Shown: piece by piece, positions 24,790 through 37,369 of the stretch
Layout of the letters: the number at the start of each line of letters is the position of its first letter
Position numbering within the stretch: position 1 is the first letter of the stretch
Origin: Vicugna vicugna
Taxonomy: Eukaryota
Assembly: GCA_013265495.1 (NCBI GenBank)
Contig: MU057416.1
Span: forward strand, 118,545-182,544
DNA length: 64,000 nucleotides
Direction of reading: 5' to 3'
Notes under the pieces: generated by a model
What the model saw: the letters and a program-made list of their open reading frames with translations, nothing else
Told to the model about the DNA's origin: nothing
Database searches by the model: none
Position numbers and translations under genes: made by a program

Positions 24790-27023
24790 GATGTCACCAA
24801 AATGACAGAGTAGGAGACCCCAGCCTCTGTTCCTCAACAAAAATCAACAATTAGGCAGCTGTCCATCACAAAAATAACCCTGGGATAGCTCAAGAGTCCA
24901 CTTAAGAAACTGGGAACACAGTGAAACAAAAAAGTCTCAGAATAGCCATACAAAAAGGGAAGGAAGAGCCGCTTCATTTTGCTTGTGTTCCCCCATCCCC
25001 CAGGCCGAAACTGCTCAGAGCTAAGAGGGAACTCCCCAACTCAAAAGAGTTCCCCTTGCCAGGAGAGGAAGAAACGGGTGGCAAGTCAGCTTCCCAAGCC
25101 TTTTAGGGTTGGGAATGAATGAAGAACCCGCTTTGCATTCACCCTACCCAGAGACCAGCAGAGCTGAGATGAATAGAGACAGCTTGGCACAAGGAAAAGG
25201 GCAGTGGCAACAGTACTAGCACATGGTGGGAGGGGCCGTGGCTCCCAGCGTCAGACTCTGCAGGGAATCCCAGCAGGTTTTGCGGCCGAAGAAGCCAAAG
25301 GCCCGCACAGCCACCGTGGACTGCCTGTAGACTCCAGCACTGAAGTTTTCTTGCTATAGTTTCATCTGTGCAGATGCCAGCAGCTTGAAAATCTCTCCAC
25401 TTCCCCTCGCTACACTCCAGCCCCCATGGGAGCCCAGGATCCACACTGGCAGCCATCCCTGACCTCTGCAGCTGCGCAGGTGCCAGACACCATCCAGACC
25501 ACGGCAGCTGACCATCACTGTTGTGTGCATGCTGTGGGCTCACCCTCCACTTCACCTGCATGCCACTGGCCTGACTCCCATCACAGGCCTCCATGCCATC
25601 GTGTACCTATTATGAGACCCTGCAGCCGCAGTAGCACACACTGACAGCCAGGGCCCCTCAGCTGCTTGTGGGCCCAGATCCAGTCCTGTCTCTTGACACT
25701 GACATGCACTGCTTGGCTTACTCGCAGCTAACCCACCCATCTGTGCATTTGCATGGCCCTGCCCCTGCTCCTGTTACTGGTTTACACTGTGTGTGCTGGT
25801 GGTCCACCAGCCCAGCAGCCACGGGAGTACACACTGACAGTGAAGCCCCACAGCTGACCGGGTGCCCTGCAGTTGACCATGGTCATTGCTACTGGCCCTG
25901 GCCTTCAACAGAATATGTGTCTGCAACCAGTCCTTGTCACTACACAGGCCCCTGCAGCCAACCTGCAGCTGAATATGTGTCTACCACCATTCAAGCTGCC
26001 CCTGCTGTCTGCCCTGGTCCCTGGCTGGTGGACCTGGAGATGCTCCTAAGAACTCAACAGCCTCTGAAACCTCAGAAGTCTCCTGCAGTGCTCACTAAGG
26101 ACCATGCAACTGTCGACGTTATGGACTCCAGCAACCTGAGCAATTGAGACATCACGAACCCCAGATGCAGAATCACCATGTGCCCTTGCACTTCTTGCCC
26201 TGCAGCATTAGACCCAGGGTCCCAGCATGCTGTAGTGAATCCCCCACCCACAGATGAAGGTCTTTCCTTACTGAAGCCAGTCCCTAAAGACTGGAAGAGA
26301 TGACGGCTTCCTCAAGTGTGCAGACACCTACACAGGGCTACAGGAATCACAGAGCATCGGGGGAAGTGTGACACTAACACAGAAACACACAAACCTTCGT
26401 AACCCGATCCTCCCCCCCAAATAGAGATACATGATTTTCCTGATAAAAAAGATCAAAACAATTGTTCTGAGGTTGCTCAGAGAGCAAAAAGCAAACACAG
26501 ATAAATAATTTAAGAGAATCAAGAAAACAATACAAGAACAAAATGAGAAGTCCCTTAAGGGGATGGGGAGACAAAAAAGGAAGCAAGTAGAAATTTGGGC
26601 GCTGAAGAATACAATGACTGAACCAAAGTATTCAGTAGATGGCTTTGGCACCAGACTGGACCAAGCAGAAGAAAGAACTAGTGAAACCTGAAGACAGATC
26701 CTTTGAAATTATCCAGGAGGGAAAAAATAAATAAAAAAGGAAGAAAACCTATGTGACTTACGGGATACCATTAAAAGAAATAATCTACACATTCTTGGAT
26801 TGCCCCAGCAATAAGGGTGAGAGAAAGAGGTGGAACGCTTCTTAAAAGAAACAATGGCTGAGAACTTCCAAAAGTAGGGAGAAACTTGGAATACAAACTC
26901 ACGAAGCTCACGGGTCCACAGACTAAACTCAAAGAGATCTTCTCTAAGACACATTATGCTAAAACTGTCAAAAATCAAAGACAAAGAATCTTGAAAGCAA
27001 CAAGCAAAAAGAAGTTTGAATAA
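24790..27023 (+). mobile_element. L1 5' UTR plus degenerate ORF1 fragment
   Basis: Starts caaaatgacagagtaggagacc (L1 5' terminus-like), GC-rich UTR, then ORF1-like text (agactggaccaagcagaagaaaga; aaagaaacaatggctgagaacttccaaa; aagacacattatgctaaaactgtcaaaaatcaaagacaaaga); ends near AATAAA. Confidence 0.75.
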
Positions 27024-27279
27024 ACATTCTTCTACAATGCATTTTTAGTTGTGCTGGGCTCCCCAAATTCTTGGTTCCATCTCCTCAACACAGGAAGCTT
27101 TCGAGGCTCCCCCTGAGATGCTCTGTCCTGACTCATCCATTGGCGTCTCATTCAAGTAAGGGGCTGAGGCAATCGTAGGGCTTCCTCTGTCTTCAGTCTT
27201 TCAGGAATTTCTCTTCTTCGTTGCCTGATGTCCAACACCTTGAAGATCATTGCTTCATCTATTTTGTCTCATTTTTTTT

Positions 27280-28000
27280 TTGTAACTATGAAGAAACCCA
27301 GAGCAGGGTAGGGGATAGAAATCACAGTAGAATAGAGTGTAGATTCGGACAGGTTTCTCAGGACCCTCTAGGAGCGATTAGTTTGAAGAAACACCAAAGG
27401 AACTGAAGGGTGAGCCATGAGGCTATCTTAAGGAAGAACAATTGAGGCAGAGAGATAAGAAAATTTAAGAACAATGGTGGGAACTTAACTGGCTCATCAA
27501 AGAACATGTGGAGGTCAGTGTGGCTCCAGCCAGCTGATAGGACTGAGAAGGTGAGCCTGGAGAGAGAGCCAGGTGCTCAGGTAACAGGAGAGTCATACGA
27601 AGGAAGGACTTTGCATTTCATTCTAAACGTGATGAAAACTACTGTAGGATTTTTAGTAAAGATGTGTTTAAAATAAGAGACTTAGTATTTTAAAGGATAA
27701 TATTAGGTGCTCTGCAGAAAATTGATTGTAAAGTGTCAAGAGTGGAATCCAGTTTGGACAAGGGTAGTTAACACTGGAGGTGGAAGCAAATGATTCAGTT
27801 CCAGAATATTTTAAAGGAGATGCTGATAAGATTTGACAGATTGAATGTGGGTATTTGAAAAAGAAGGGGTAAAGATGTATTCTCAAGTTTTTGGCCAAAA
27901 TAATGGTCTAATTTTCTAACATGGTTAATGATGGAGAGAAAAGGGCTGTTGGGGAGAATCAAATCATGTTAAGTTTGTGATGCACGTGGAAATGTCAAGG
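27280..28000 (-). mobile_element. L2 LINE remnant
   Basis: gggtgagccatgaggctatcttaaggaagaacaattgaggcagag...ggaggtcagtgtggct...aaggactttgcatttcattctaa are typical of reverse-strand L2. Confidence 0.7.
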
Positions 28001-28004
28001 GACT

Positions 28005-28085
28005 CCTCAGCCTCTGTAACTGTGTGAGCCAGTTCCCCCCACCCCCTGTTGGTTGTCTGTCTTTCTCTGGAGAATCCCAGCTACT
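28005..28085 (+). mobile_element. MLT2 (ERVL) LTR 3' fragment
   Basis: cagcctctgtaactgtgtgagccagttcc...ttggttgtctgtctttctctggagaatcccagctact resembles the MLT2 3' end. Confidence 0.55.
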
Positions 28086-28287
28086 CCACTAGTTAATCCT
28101 AGCTAATCCTAGCTAGCTCCGTTTTGTCCTTGAACATAATCAATCAAATAATGAGGCTAAAACATGGCTGCTCCAATTGAACCTTCAAAAACATACTCTG
28201 TTATTGGACATCTTGAGTCAAGTAGGGCATTTTATTGAGCACTCCCAAGATGGTTGGTCCTGATCTGGGTATCTGAGTTCTTTCATT

Positions 28288-28550
28288 GGGAGTGGGGTGG
28301 GGTGGAGGGAGGGATAAATTACGAATGTGAGATTAACAGATATACACCACTATACATAAAATAGACAAACAACAAGGACCTACTGTATAGCATAGGGAAC
28401 TATATTCAATTTCTTGTATAACATATAATGGAAAAGAACCTGAGAAGAAAACGTATATATGTATGTGTGTGTATAACTGAATCACCTTGCTCTCCGCCTG
28501 AAACTAACATGGTAAATCAACTACACTTCAAAAAAAATAAAATAAAAAAT
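28288..28550 (+). mobile_element. L1 3' UTR fragment
   Basis: G-rich tract, then gagattaacagatatacaccacta...aacaaggacctactgtatagcatagggaactatattcaa and an A-rich tail. Confidence 0.85.
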
Positions 28551-29954
28551 GGGGTTTTTTGTCTGGATAGAGTAGGTTATGGAGTGGGAGCCAACAGCCT
28601 CAGCATCTCAGAAACTTAGCAGAACCAAGTTGTGTTTCTTGCTCATACTACACACTACGCAGGTTGGCAGGGCTTTTTCTCTCCCTGCCCACTGCAGTCA
28701 CTCAGAGATCAGCCGTGGTTCTGCCTGCGAAAGGCAGAAACTAAGTGAATCATACATACCCTGGATTTTAACGTCGCCACCCAGAAGTTACACATTACCT
28801 GCACTCACACTTTATTGGGCCAAGCAAGTATGATTGTGGAACTTTTCAGGCTTGAGTAGAGAACAACAAAACCACATCGTTAAACCAAACGGTGGTTCTC
28901 AAGGTTCATGGCTGGGTTAGTGCACTGTAGTTAGAAACACAGCTGCCAATAACTGGGGCTATAAGAGCTACAGGTTTAATGATCCAAGGCCAGGAACACG
29001 GGTCAGGAAAGCATTTTAAAGAGGGAGAACCCACAGGGAGACTTGGCTGGGATAGGGCAAACTGCTGAGCTGTAACAACACAGATTAAGCAGGCAGATCG
29101 CAGGGCCTCTCAGAGCACCTGGCCTGGACACCTAAAAGTTTTCCTCTTCCATCTGATATTGACTCACATGTTTATTCCCCTGGACACAAAATGTCTAGTT
29201 CTTTATAGCCCCCTTATTTTTGGGCTCAATTCCTGAACTCAAAGAACTTCAAACCAAGTAGATTCTTGTTTCAAGTTATTTCACCATATAATAAAAATGA
29301 ACACTTTACTGGACTCTATACTTTATTTCCACCAGATATTACATATGAAAACAGTTCTGGCTAAGCGTCTATTAATGGTCTCATCATAAATTAGCCACAG
29401 TTATTGCTCTAGAGGTGAAGTGTTGGATATTTATTAAGAATATTCTCTCTGCTAGACATTCGATATGTATTATATCGTCTGATTCTCATAGGAGGCCTGT
29501 GGATTTATCATAAGGAATCTGATGCTCAGAGACTTTACCACCTGCTCACCACATCCCAAGCCCGTGCACTGCGTAGTGTACATGGACTGTCTCATTCAGT
29601 GCTCACAACTTTAGGTAACCACAGAAAGGTCAGGCAGCTTTGCCAATAGTCACAAAGCTAAAACAGAGAGGAGCAGATTTGGGGATTAAGTTTGTCTGCT
29701 TGGCAAACCCAAATCCATGACACTAAGTTCCTTTGTTTACTGAAAAGAGATTCTAAGTGGAGAATAACTGAAAAAAAATCTAGTTTATCCCATCATACAC
29801 TATCAATTAAAGTTTCTGTTATGTTGGACCCATACAACACTATGCATGGCTTATCTGCTCTCCATTTATATATATATATATTTTTTTTACTGAAACTGTC
29901 ACTTGGATGTACCACCTATCAGCAAGGATTAATTTATAACAGAACACACTACTA

Positions 29955-30380
29955 ACTGTCGTTTCAAGTATGAAGATACTTGTTGCTTTCTTAACAAGAA
30001 GTCTGGAGTTGATTTCTCAAATTTTGGGGTTGGTATTTTGTAACTCTGCAGGACTTGTTAATGCCGCCACCCAGATATGACGCCTCACGTCCACTCGCAT
30101 TCTGTCCATCCAAGCAAGGAGAACGGCAGAGCAACAGCTTGAGGAGAGACAGCTAAACACATCGCTAGCCCAGACGGTTCCCAGCTCCCACATCAAGGGC
30201 TTGGGGAGAAAGCAAAGGGGCATTTAAGGAAGAGGGAGGGAAAGAAGAGGGCGGGAGCGCGAGCTCCTCTCACCCTCTGACTTTCTCCTATCAGGTAAGG
30301 AGCACCCTTTCTGGAAGCCCATGTGGCAGAAGCATGTTTCCACTCGCCTCTTGTTGGAAATTACAAGTCCACCTTGCAAC
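29955..30380. mobile_element. MLT1-type (MaLR) LTR remnant
   Basis: cagacggttcccagctcccacatc...ctttctggaagcccatgtggcagaagcatgtttccactcgcctcttgttgg resemble MLT1 motifs. Confidence 0.45.
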
Positions 30381-32139
30381 CCTGGTCTACAAGGAGGGGC
30401 TGAAAAAAGGAAGCTTCTGACTGTTTCAAAATTGGTCGTGGGTGGTACTTTTCCAAAGTTGGTTGAGGGGGTGGGTGGAAAGGGAGAGGAGTTAGGGAAC
30501 CACCATTAGAGAGGCCTCCTAGCTGCTGTGAAATGATTCAAAACCAGTTTATTTTTGTTCAGCCTTGGAATTCACCCTATTACCCAGTTTCAGTGTCAAA
30601 ACTCTCCTTTAATTCAAAAATTTATGTCACCCAATTTACCAACAAGTCCTTCTAGTTTTGACGTTTCCTTTGGTGCCTGTATTACAGTACCTAGAAATGG
30701 ACTTCTGGGTTTAGTACAAAGAGCCTTCCAATTTTGAACCTGTCAGCTTTCAAATCTCACCCCACCTCATCCTCACCACCATGTTGGAAACGGTGACGTC
30801 ATGTCCTGTCAATCCTCCATCAAAACTATATTTGCAGCCTGTCCATTTCCCTCAGCCTCAGTCTTCCTGTCCTCATTTCCAGCCATCATTTCCCATGTTA
30901 CCATGGCAACGGCATCCAACTCGATTCCCTCACTTCCATTCTGGATTCTCTGTGACACACTATCTGCAGAGCAGTTAGAGGAGATTAGAAAATTGTAAAT
31001 GGGATGATGTCGCTCTTTGCTTAGAGCCGTGAGACAGGACAGCATCGACTGACAAGCCACGTTAGTACTGAGATAATGTATATGAAAACAACGTATCTAA
31101 CTAATAAGCTATTTCCAATTATGTTGTTTTACAGAATTTTCCTACTTGAAGCGTCAGTATTTTGTCTGAAAGTATTAGTAGTTGGACCCACCATTTTACC
31201 ATCTGAAAATGATGCTTCAAACAACTCTTTGAGCATTCAACCACATAATGCTAAAAAAAATTACTAGAGGCAGGGAGCCTTTCCTGTGGAATACACATCT
31301 AGCTTGTGAAGCAGTTTAATCCAAGCATAAACACATGTCTGCTCTCCACCCGTAGTCCAAAAATTTAACAACAACGTTTTTCTGTACCAGTTTCCATTTA
31401 TTCTTACCTGATTATTAATGCGAATTGTAGTCAGAAGCAATTCATGCAGTTTTCTTGCTCCTGGTCCTTCGGGTGAGTTTCTTCTTTTGACACCTCTCTC
31501 CACATCCTTTGTGACGTACTCTGGTCCAGATCCCAAGCTAAGTCAAAAGCATTCACATGGATGGCACTCTGCCTCAGGACTGACACCCTAATTAGAGATG
31601 AGCCCTTGCCCCTCCACGGTTACTCCAAAGACAGTTGGTTAAAGCACCGTGTGTTCATGAGCCTTGAACTCCGCTGTCACGGGTCGGCTGTTTCTGTCCA
31701 CGTTTGGCACCCCAGAGGCAATACAGTCCCTCCATTACAGGGGCCAGTTATACGATGCCTGGACGCGAGCTTGCTCTCCTCTCGGAATCTGCACAGTATG
31801 AGAGGTTTTCCAGAGACAAACATTTCCTTCTGCGCTGCTCTGAAGAACCTTTCCAGTGCTACTCAGAAACCCCTTTCTGACTTTGCTTCGCCCACCACAT
31901 GTCAAAATTCATATTCTCTACCCACCCTGCTCCTGATAACAGTAACAATAATTTAAAACTATCTGCTTGTTGTTCACTGGGATCTTACTATTTAACTTAA
32001 AAAAATAAAAATGCTCCATTGTGTATTAACAAAAGTGTCCTCTACACAGCATTGTAAACTGACTATATACTTCAATAAAAAAAAAGAATGCCAGGAAAAG
32101 GTGTCCTCTGAAGTACAAAACTATCAATGTAAAAATATC

Positions 32140-32355
32140 ATTTTATTTTTTAGTGGAAGGATAGAGGATTTACAATGTTGGGTTAGTTTCTGCTGTACAG
32201 CGTAGTGATTCAGTTATACATACATATGCTCCCTTTCCTATTCTTTTTCATTCTAGCTGACTACAAGGTATTGACTAAAGTCCCCTGTGCTCTACAGTAG
32301 GTCCTGGTTGTTCATCTATTTTATATACAGTGGTTAGTATCTGCAAATCCCAAGT
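32140..32355 (-). mobile_element. L1 3' UTR fragment
   Basis: gatttacaatgttgggttagtttctgctgtacagcgtagtgattcagttataca...ccctgtgctctacagtaggtcc. Confidence 0.85.
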
Positions 32356-32611
32356 ATCACTGCATTTTTAAGTGTAACTGTTTCCTTTGATTTTTTTATT
32401 TGTCCATTTTTGTGATGATTCTACTTGTGACGTATTAACCCCTCTGCTTTCTGCCGTGGTGCTTCTTATGGATTACAGCAAATGGCCCTTATTTAAACAT
32501 TATGTGTCAAAGATAATGCTTATAAAGTGCAATAAGTAGGCTCTATTTTAGATCCTTACTTGAATTAAATCAGAAAGTATTCATTTGTACTGAATACACA
32601 TGAATTTCTAC

Positions 32612-32703
32612 AGTTTTGTTTTGATTTTTTTTTTGAATGGGGGTACTGGGGACTGAACCCAGGACCCCGTGCATGCTAAACACACGCTCTACCACTGTCC
32701 CCC
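32612..32703 (-). mobile_element. tRNA-Ala-derived SINE (Vic-1-like)
   Basis: ggggactgaacccaggaccccgtgcatgctaaacacacgctctaccactg with T-rich tail. Confidence 0.85.
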
Positions 32704-33519
32704 TACAGGTTTTATAAAATCAAAATGCACTTGGTTAAAAATCCTTTTTCTTTTTAAGATATCACGTGCTTTAAGGGCAAGGCTTTCAAAGAATTAAAAT
32801 CCCATTTGCTTCACTTAGACATAGTGTCGCTTACCGACCGCTCACCTTGAGTTCACTGCGGCGTGACGCAGTGAAAATATTGAAAAGTATTATTTCAAAT
32901 GAACCTAATGTACTAGTGGTATAAAGACCACACTAACCGGCTGAATTTTGAGGAGTCCTACGTGGTCTAATTTGTCGGTGGTTGATCTGGCAGTATTTCC
33001 TTACTAAAATCCTAAGGCACTTGGTTCCCTGCTATTCAGTCACGAATGAATGATTGACAGCCTCATCTCACAGCCCGGCTTTCGCCTGGACACGCAGCGA
33101 CGCAGAGGTTGCGGACCTGGTCGGGAAACACGCGAGGATCAGGCGTGAGGGGGTGTAGCTGCCAGAGAGAACTGGCGTGCTCCTCACGGCTTTGAAAGAC
33201 ATCCGCTTGTGGCTTAAACCACTCACGAAAAATGAAACGCCACTGCTTCCTGCGGAGTGCGTTCCTCTCCATTTCTTCTCCATCAAGACATTCGGCCAAA
33301 CTGAGAAATTAAGTCTCCAAGAGTTTCCCTTTCCTTGGGAAAATAAAATCAGTGACCCTGGCCTTTGAAATACGGATAATCAGTGGAATCTAAATCTGAA
33401 AGTTAAAAGGAGGGGGTTTCTTTTGGGGAAAAGAGAAGCCATCTGATTTTTGAGGCCACTGTTGTTTCCGGCGGTGAATGTACAGCATCCCTACAGCGAC
33501 AGCGCACAACGGAACGACA

Positions 33520-34330
33520 GACACTTGCCCGTGCGACGCTAAGCCAGCGGCTCTAGCCAGGGGCAGTGTCACTGTCACCCCAGGGGACACGCGGCAGCGT
33601 CTGGGGCAGTCTCGGCTGTCACCCTGGGGCGGGGGTCGCCGCCGGGTCTGGAGGGCGCGGGCCGGGCGCTGCCCCGCACGCCCCCCGCCCAGGGAGGGCC
33701 CCCCCCCAGGGAGGCAGCCGCCGGAGCGGGGAACGGCGGGAGGGCCCGGTCGGCGGGAGCGACGTCTGCCCGCAAGGCCTCAGCACCGGGAGAGTTCTGC
33801 GGGAAAGGCTAACTCCCGGAGCGCTTTCCTTTTTCAGGGGTAGCTAAATCTCCGCTGTCAAAACCCAGGAGGAAAGCGAGCGGCTCGGAGGGCCCGGCCC
33901 GCGGGGCAGGAGGCCGCCTGCTGCGGGGCGGGCAGGGCCTGCGGGGACCTGGGCTCCGCCCGCAAGCGCAGAGCAGCGCCCGGAGCGGCCCTTCGGAGGG
34001 AAGGCCTGTCTCCCAGGCACAGGCTGTGCCTCCCGCTCACTGCTTCTCCGACCGCACAGGGCTCTGGGCGGGAGACGCCTCCGCCGGGGCTGCGGGCGGC
34101 GGGCGGGCGCGAGGAGCTCAGGTCTGCGAGGGACTAAGTTACAAACATGCCATGAGGCTGTAAACTCACGGCTGCACCTGCGGCTGCAGGCCAGCAGCCC
34201 CGCAGGAGCGCCCCTGCCCGGTGCCCGCGCTGGGGGGCGTCTTCCGGGGGGTGCCGCGCGGGGCGCAGCCGCCCAGAGCAGCCCCCGCGCCGGGCTCCCG
34301 CAGCCGGAGAGCAGCGGGGACCCATGTAAA
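33520..34330. promoter_or_regulatory. Intergenic CpG island
   Basis: About 800 nt of very GC-rich, CpG-dense sequence with multiple GGGCGG boxes; no coding exon recognised. Confidence 0.8.
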
Positions 34331-34605
34331 TGCCCTGCCTCGCTGAGAGTCACTTTGGAGGACACAAAGCCTATTCTTTCTCCCTTGAAAAGCTACCAAT
34401 TTCTGCTGTCATGTGCGTCAGAGATGGAGATTTTCCATGGACCCGAGAGCAGTCCAGGGACCATTCGTGTGCCTGTTTTGTGCACACGTGTGCAGCCCTC
34501 CATCCGCTCTGCCCTGGTGACGCAGCATCCTTCCCCACCTCCCTCAGGACTGTGCTTCAGAGCTGCAGAAGCAGAAGGGGAAGACTGCCATCAAGACCTA
34601 CGTGA

Positions 34606-35325
34606 TGGCTGGGTCATATGGTAAAGCTTTTAGTTTTTTGAGGAATCTCCGTGCTGTTTTCCATAATGGCTGCACCAAACTGCGTTCCCACCAGCAGTGT
34701 AGGAGGGCTCCCTTTTCTCCACACGCTGGGGCATATATCCAGAGGGAACCCTAATTCAAAAAGATACGTGCACCCCAATGTTCATAGTACTCAGTAGCCA
34801 AGACATGGAAGCAACCTAAGTGTCCATCGACAGATGTCTGGATAAAGAAGCTGCTGTGTATTTATACAACGGAATACTACTCAGCCACAAAAAAGAATGA
34901 AATAATGCTATTTACAGCAACATGGATGAACCTAGAGATCATCATTCTAAGTGAAGTAAACCAGAAAGAGAAAGAAAAATACTATATGATATCACTCATA
35001 TGTGGAATCTAAAAAAACAAAGGAAAAGGAAAAAAAGAGGACACTAATGAACTCATCTACAAAACAAATAGACTGGCTGTCATAGTAAACAATCTTATGG
35101 TTACTGGTGAAAGCGGATGGGAAGGGATAAATCTGGGAGTTTGAGATTTGCAAATGTTAGTCACTATATATAAAAATAGATAAAAAATTTCTTCTATATA
35201 GCACAGGAAACTATAGTCAGTATCTTGTAATAACCTTTAATGAAAAAGAATATGAAAACAAATATGTGTATGTATATGCATGCCTGACACGTTGTAACTG
35301 AGTGTACTCCAATTAAAAAAAAAAA
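34606..35325 (+). mobile_element. 5'-inverted (twin-primed) L1 insertion with target-site duplication
   Basis: 34606-34724 is antisense L1 ORF2 end; 34726-35325 is sense L1 through poly(A). Flanked by aagacctacgtga (34593-34605) and aagtcctacgtga (35324-35336). Confidence 0.9.
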
Positions 35326-35427
35326 GTCCTACGTGAACTGAAAGCAGCTGTGAACCAGTGCCAGGTGGCAGCGGGTGCCCTGCGCTACTGTGTCTCGTTT
35401 ACTTTTTAAACTTCCTAATGCCCGATA

Positions 35428-35649
35428 CAGGGCTATCAACTGGGGGCAAATTTACCCTCCCACCCCTACCCTCCCCCCAGGACAGCTGACACTCCCTGGA
35501 GACACTCCTGGTTGTTACAACGGGGAAGTCTTCCTGGCTTCTAGTGGGAAGAAGCCGGGAACGCTGTCGAACGTGGGCCCATGCTCAGGACCGGCCCTCA
35601 CAACAGTTATCCAAGTGCAATGCTGATGGTGCAAACCTGAGAAATCCTG
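35428..35649 (+). mobile_element. MER20 (hAT-Charlie) DNA transposon
   Basis: caactgggggcaaattta...ctggagacactcctggttgttacaac...ctggcttctagtggg...ctgagaaatcctg is colinear with the MER20 consensus over its full ~220 nt. Confidence 0.8.
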
Positions 35650-37369
35650 GCCCGATCCGCTGTCGAGGACATAAGTGCACCCAATGCTTGTCTTTTATTG
35701 AACAATGAATATGTCAAGTACATAGTCCATCTACTTAGGGAAACTCCACAATAATTCGGAGAGTCAAAAGCTTTTGCTTCAAACTTTCTGGAACTTTTGA
35801 AGATAATTGTTACAGATCTTGAGTATGAAATTAGTCAAACTCACACCTACTCACTCAGTCATACTGCCTGAAGAGTACCTCTTTGTCCAAAAGGGAAAAT
35901 TAATTTAATTATAATAAAGTTAGGAGTAATAAACAAAAGAATGTCAATCTCAAAATACAGAGCAATCACCGGAGCTCATCAATGAACGAGTTATCTTGTG
36001 TAAACCAGACACGGCCGCTTTAACTATAACGTCAGCAGCAGCGCTTTTTAAACCCCTTTATGTCATAAATGCTGTATTAGATGGAAAAGTGTTAAATGCT
36101 TCAAATGAACCAGGACTATTACAACTTCAGGACACCTAGTTCAAACCTCAGAACCTCATTTATTAATCCTCACTTACAAATAGAAGTGAGTATCTCATAA
36201 GTTTGTTTTTGCTGTTTTCTAGTTGTTTTTTTTAAACTACCTGCTTGCATTTTCATATTGCAAGTTTAAGTATAAAAAAGCCAAAATCTTGAAATTAAGG
36301 TTATTTAGGAAAATACATATTCCAAATCATTTTGTGTTAAGTTTTGTGAACCGTTTTTGTTTGTTTGTTTGTTTTGGCTAAACTGAGGGTCTGATCCCAT
36401 GAAATTTAAACTCAGCCTCCCAGGCTGGAGTCAACGTGGATCATTATGTAAGGGCCCTATTTTGCTCTCTCTTAGGTGGTCAGCGTTGTGCATGACACAA
36501 GGTTCAAAATGTACTTTATGTACATCAGGCTTTGGGCATTTTCTTTAAGTATTTATATTTTCTTTTATATTTGGAAGTGCTAAAATAAATGATTTCCCCC
36601 CCAAATTTAGCAAGTTCCCAGATATCAGTTTCTTTTTTCACTGCATAAAAATTGTCTTTGTGCCGGGGGGAGATGCACCTCACCGCTCTCCGGTTAGTGC
36701 AGGGGAAGCACAGCGCTGAACACAGTACTTGAAGGCCTTCTGTCCGTCAGATCAGCGCTGGCCACGTCATGTAAAACAGGTGACAGCACCTGCCGGGAAA
36801 ACGGAAGAGCTACCTCTGGTCCTGTTCATACTAGTTGACTTTGTTGTTAAAGACTTTTAAGACATGTTGCTTTATGACGTGGGCTGAGGAGCCGTCCGCG
36901 GGCTGTGATGATCACTTGCCTGCAGTACTGACGGGGCAGCGCTGTTACCGCCTCCACCCCCGCGCTCTCATCACCCCTTCAGGAGACAAAGGCCACTCCA
37001 GCGAAGTCAGGTGAAGTGAAAAAGAGAATTCTAAAGTTGCTGTTCCAGGTACTACCCAGGCACGGAACTCCAGAAATGTGATTCAGCCTCCAGATCAGAT
37101 GATAATTCGCCATCAGCTGTGGTCTTATAGGAGAACCATGACTGGGCTCCAGTGGTCCCCTGTGTGGGATGAAAGAGCTCCCTGCAGCCATCCACTCCTC
37201 TCAGGACCCCACGGGGCCCTCCCAGAACAGACCTCCCCGCTCCATGTCCTTCGCCTGCTTCTTGTCCTCCAAAAGACTTTAGTCTCTTAGGCTTCCAAAG
37301 AAAACATCTAATCAGAAGGGAGACAGTGCAGAGAGAAGGAAAACAGTGAAGCAAGACAAAACAATGGTA

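Noticed and set aside
32852..32875. Perfect 9-bp inverted repeat ttcactgcg/cgcagtgaa
   Set aside because: A few 9-bp stems with short loops are expected by chance in 64 kb; too short for a pre-miRNA.
33478..34399. Overlapping Arg/Pro/Gly/Ala-rich ORFs up to 173 aa
   Set aside because: Stop-codon depletion in a CpG island; no recognisable protein.
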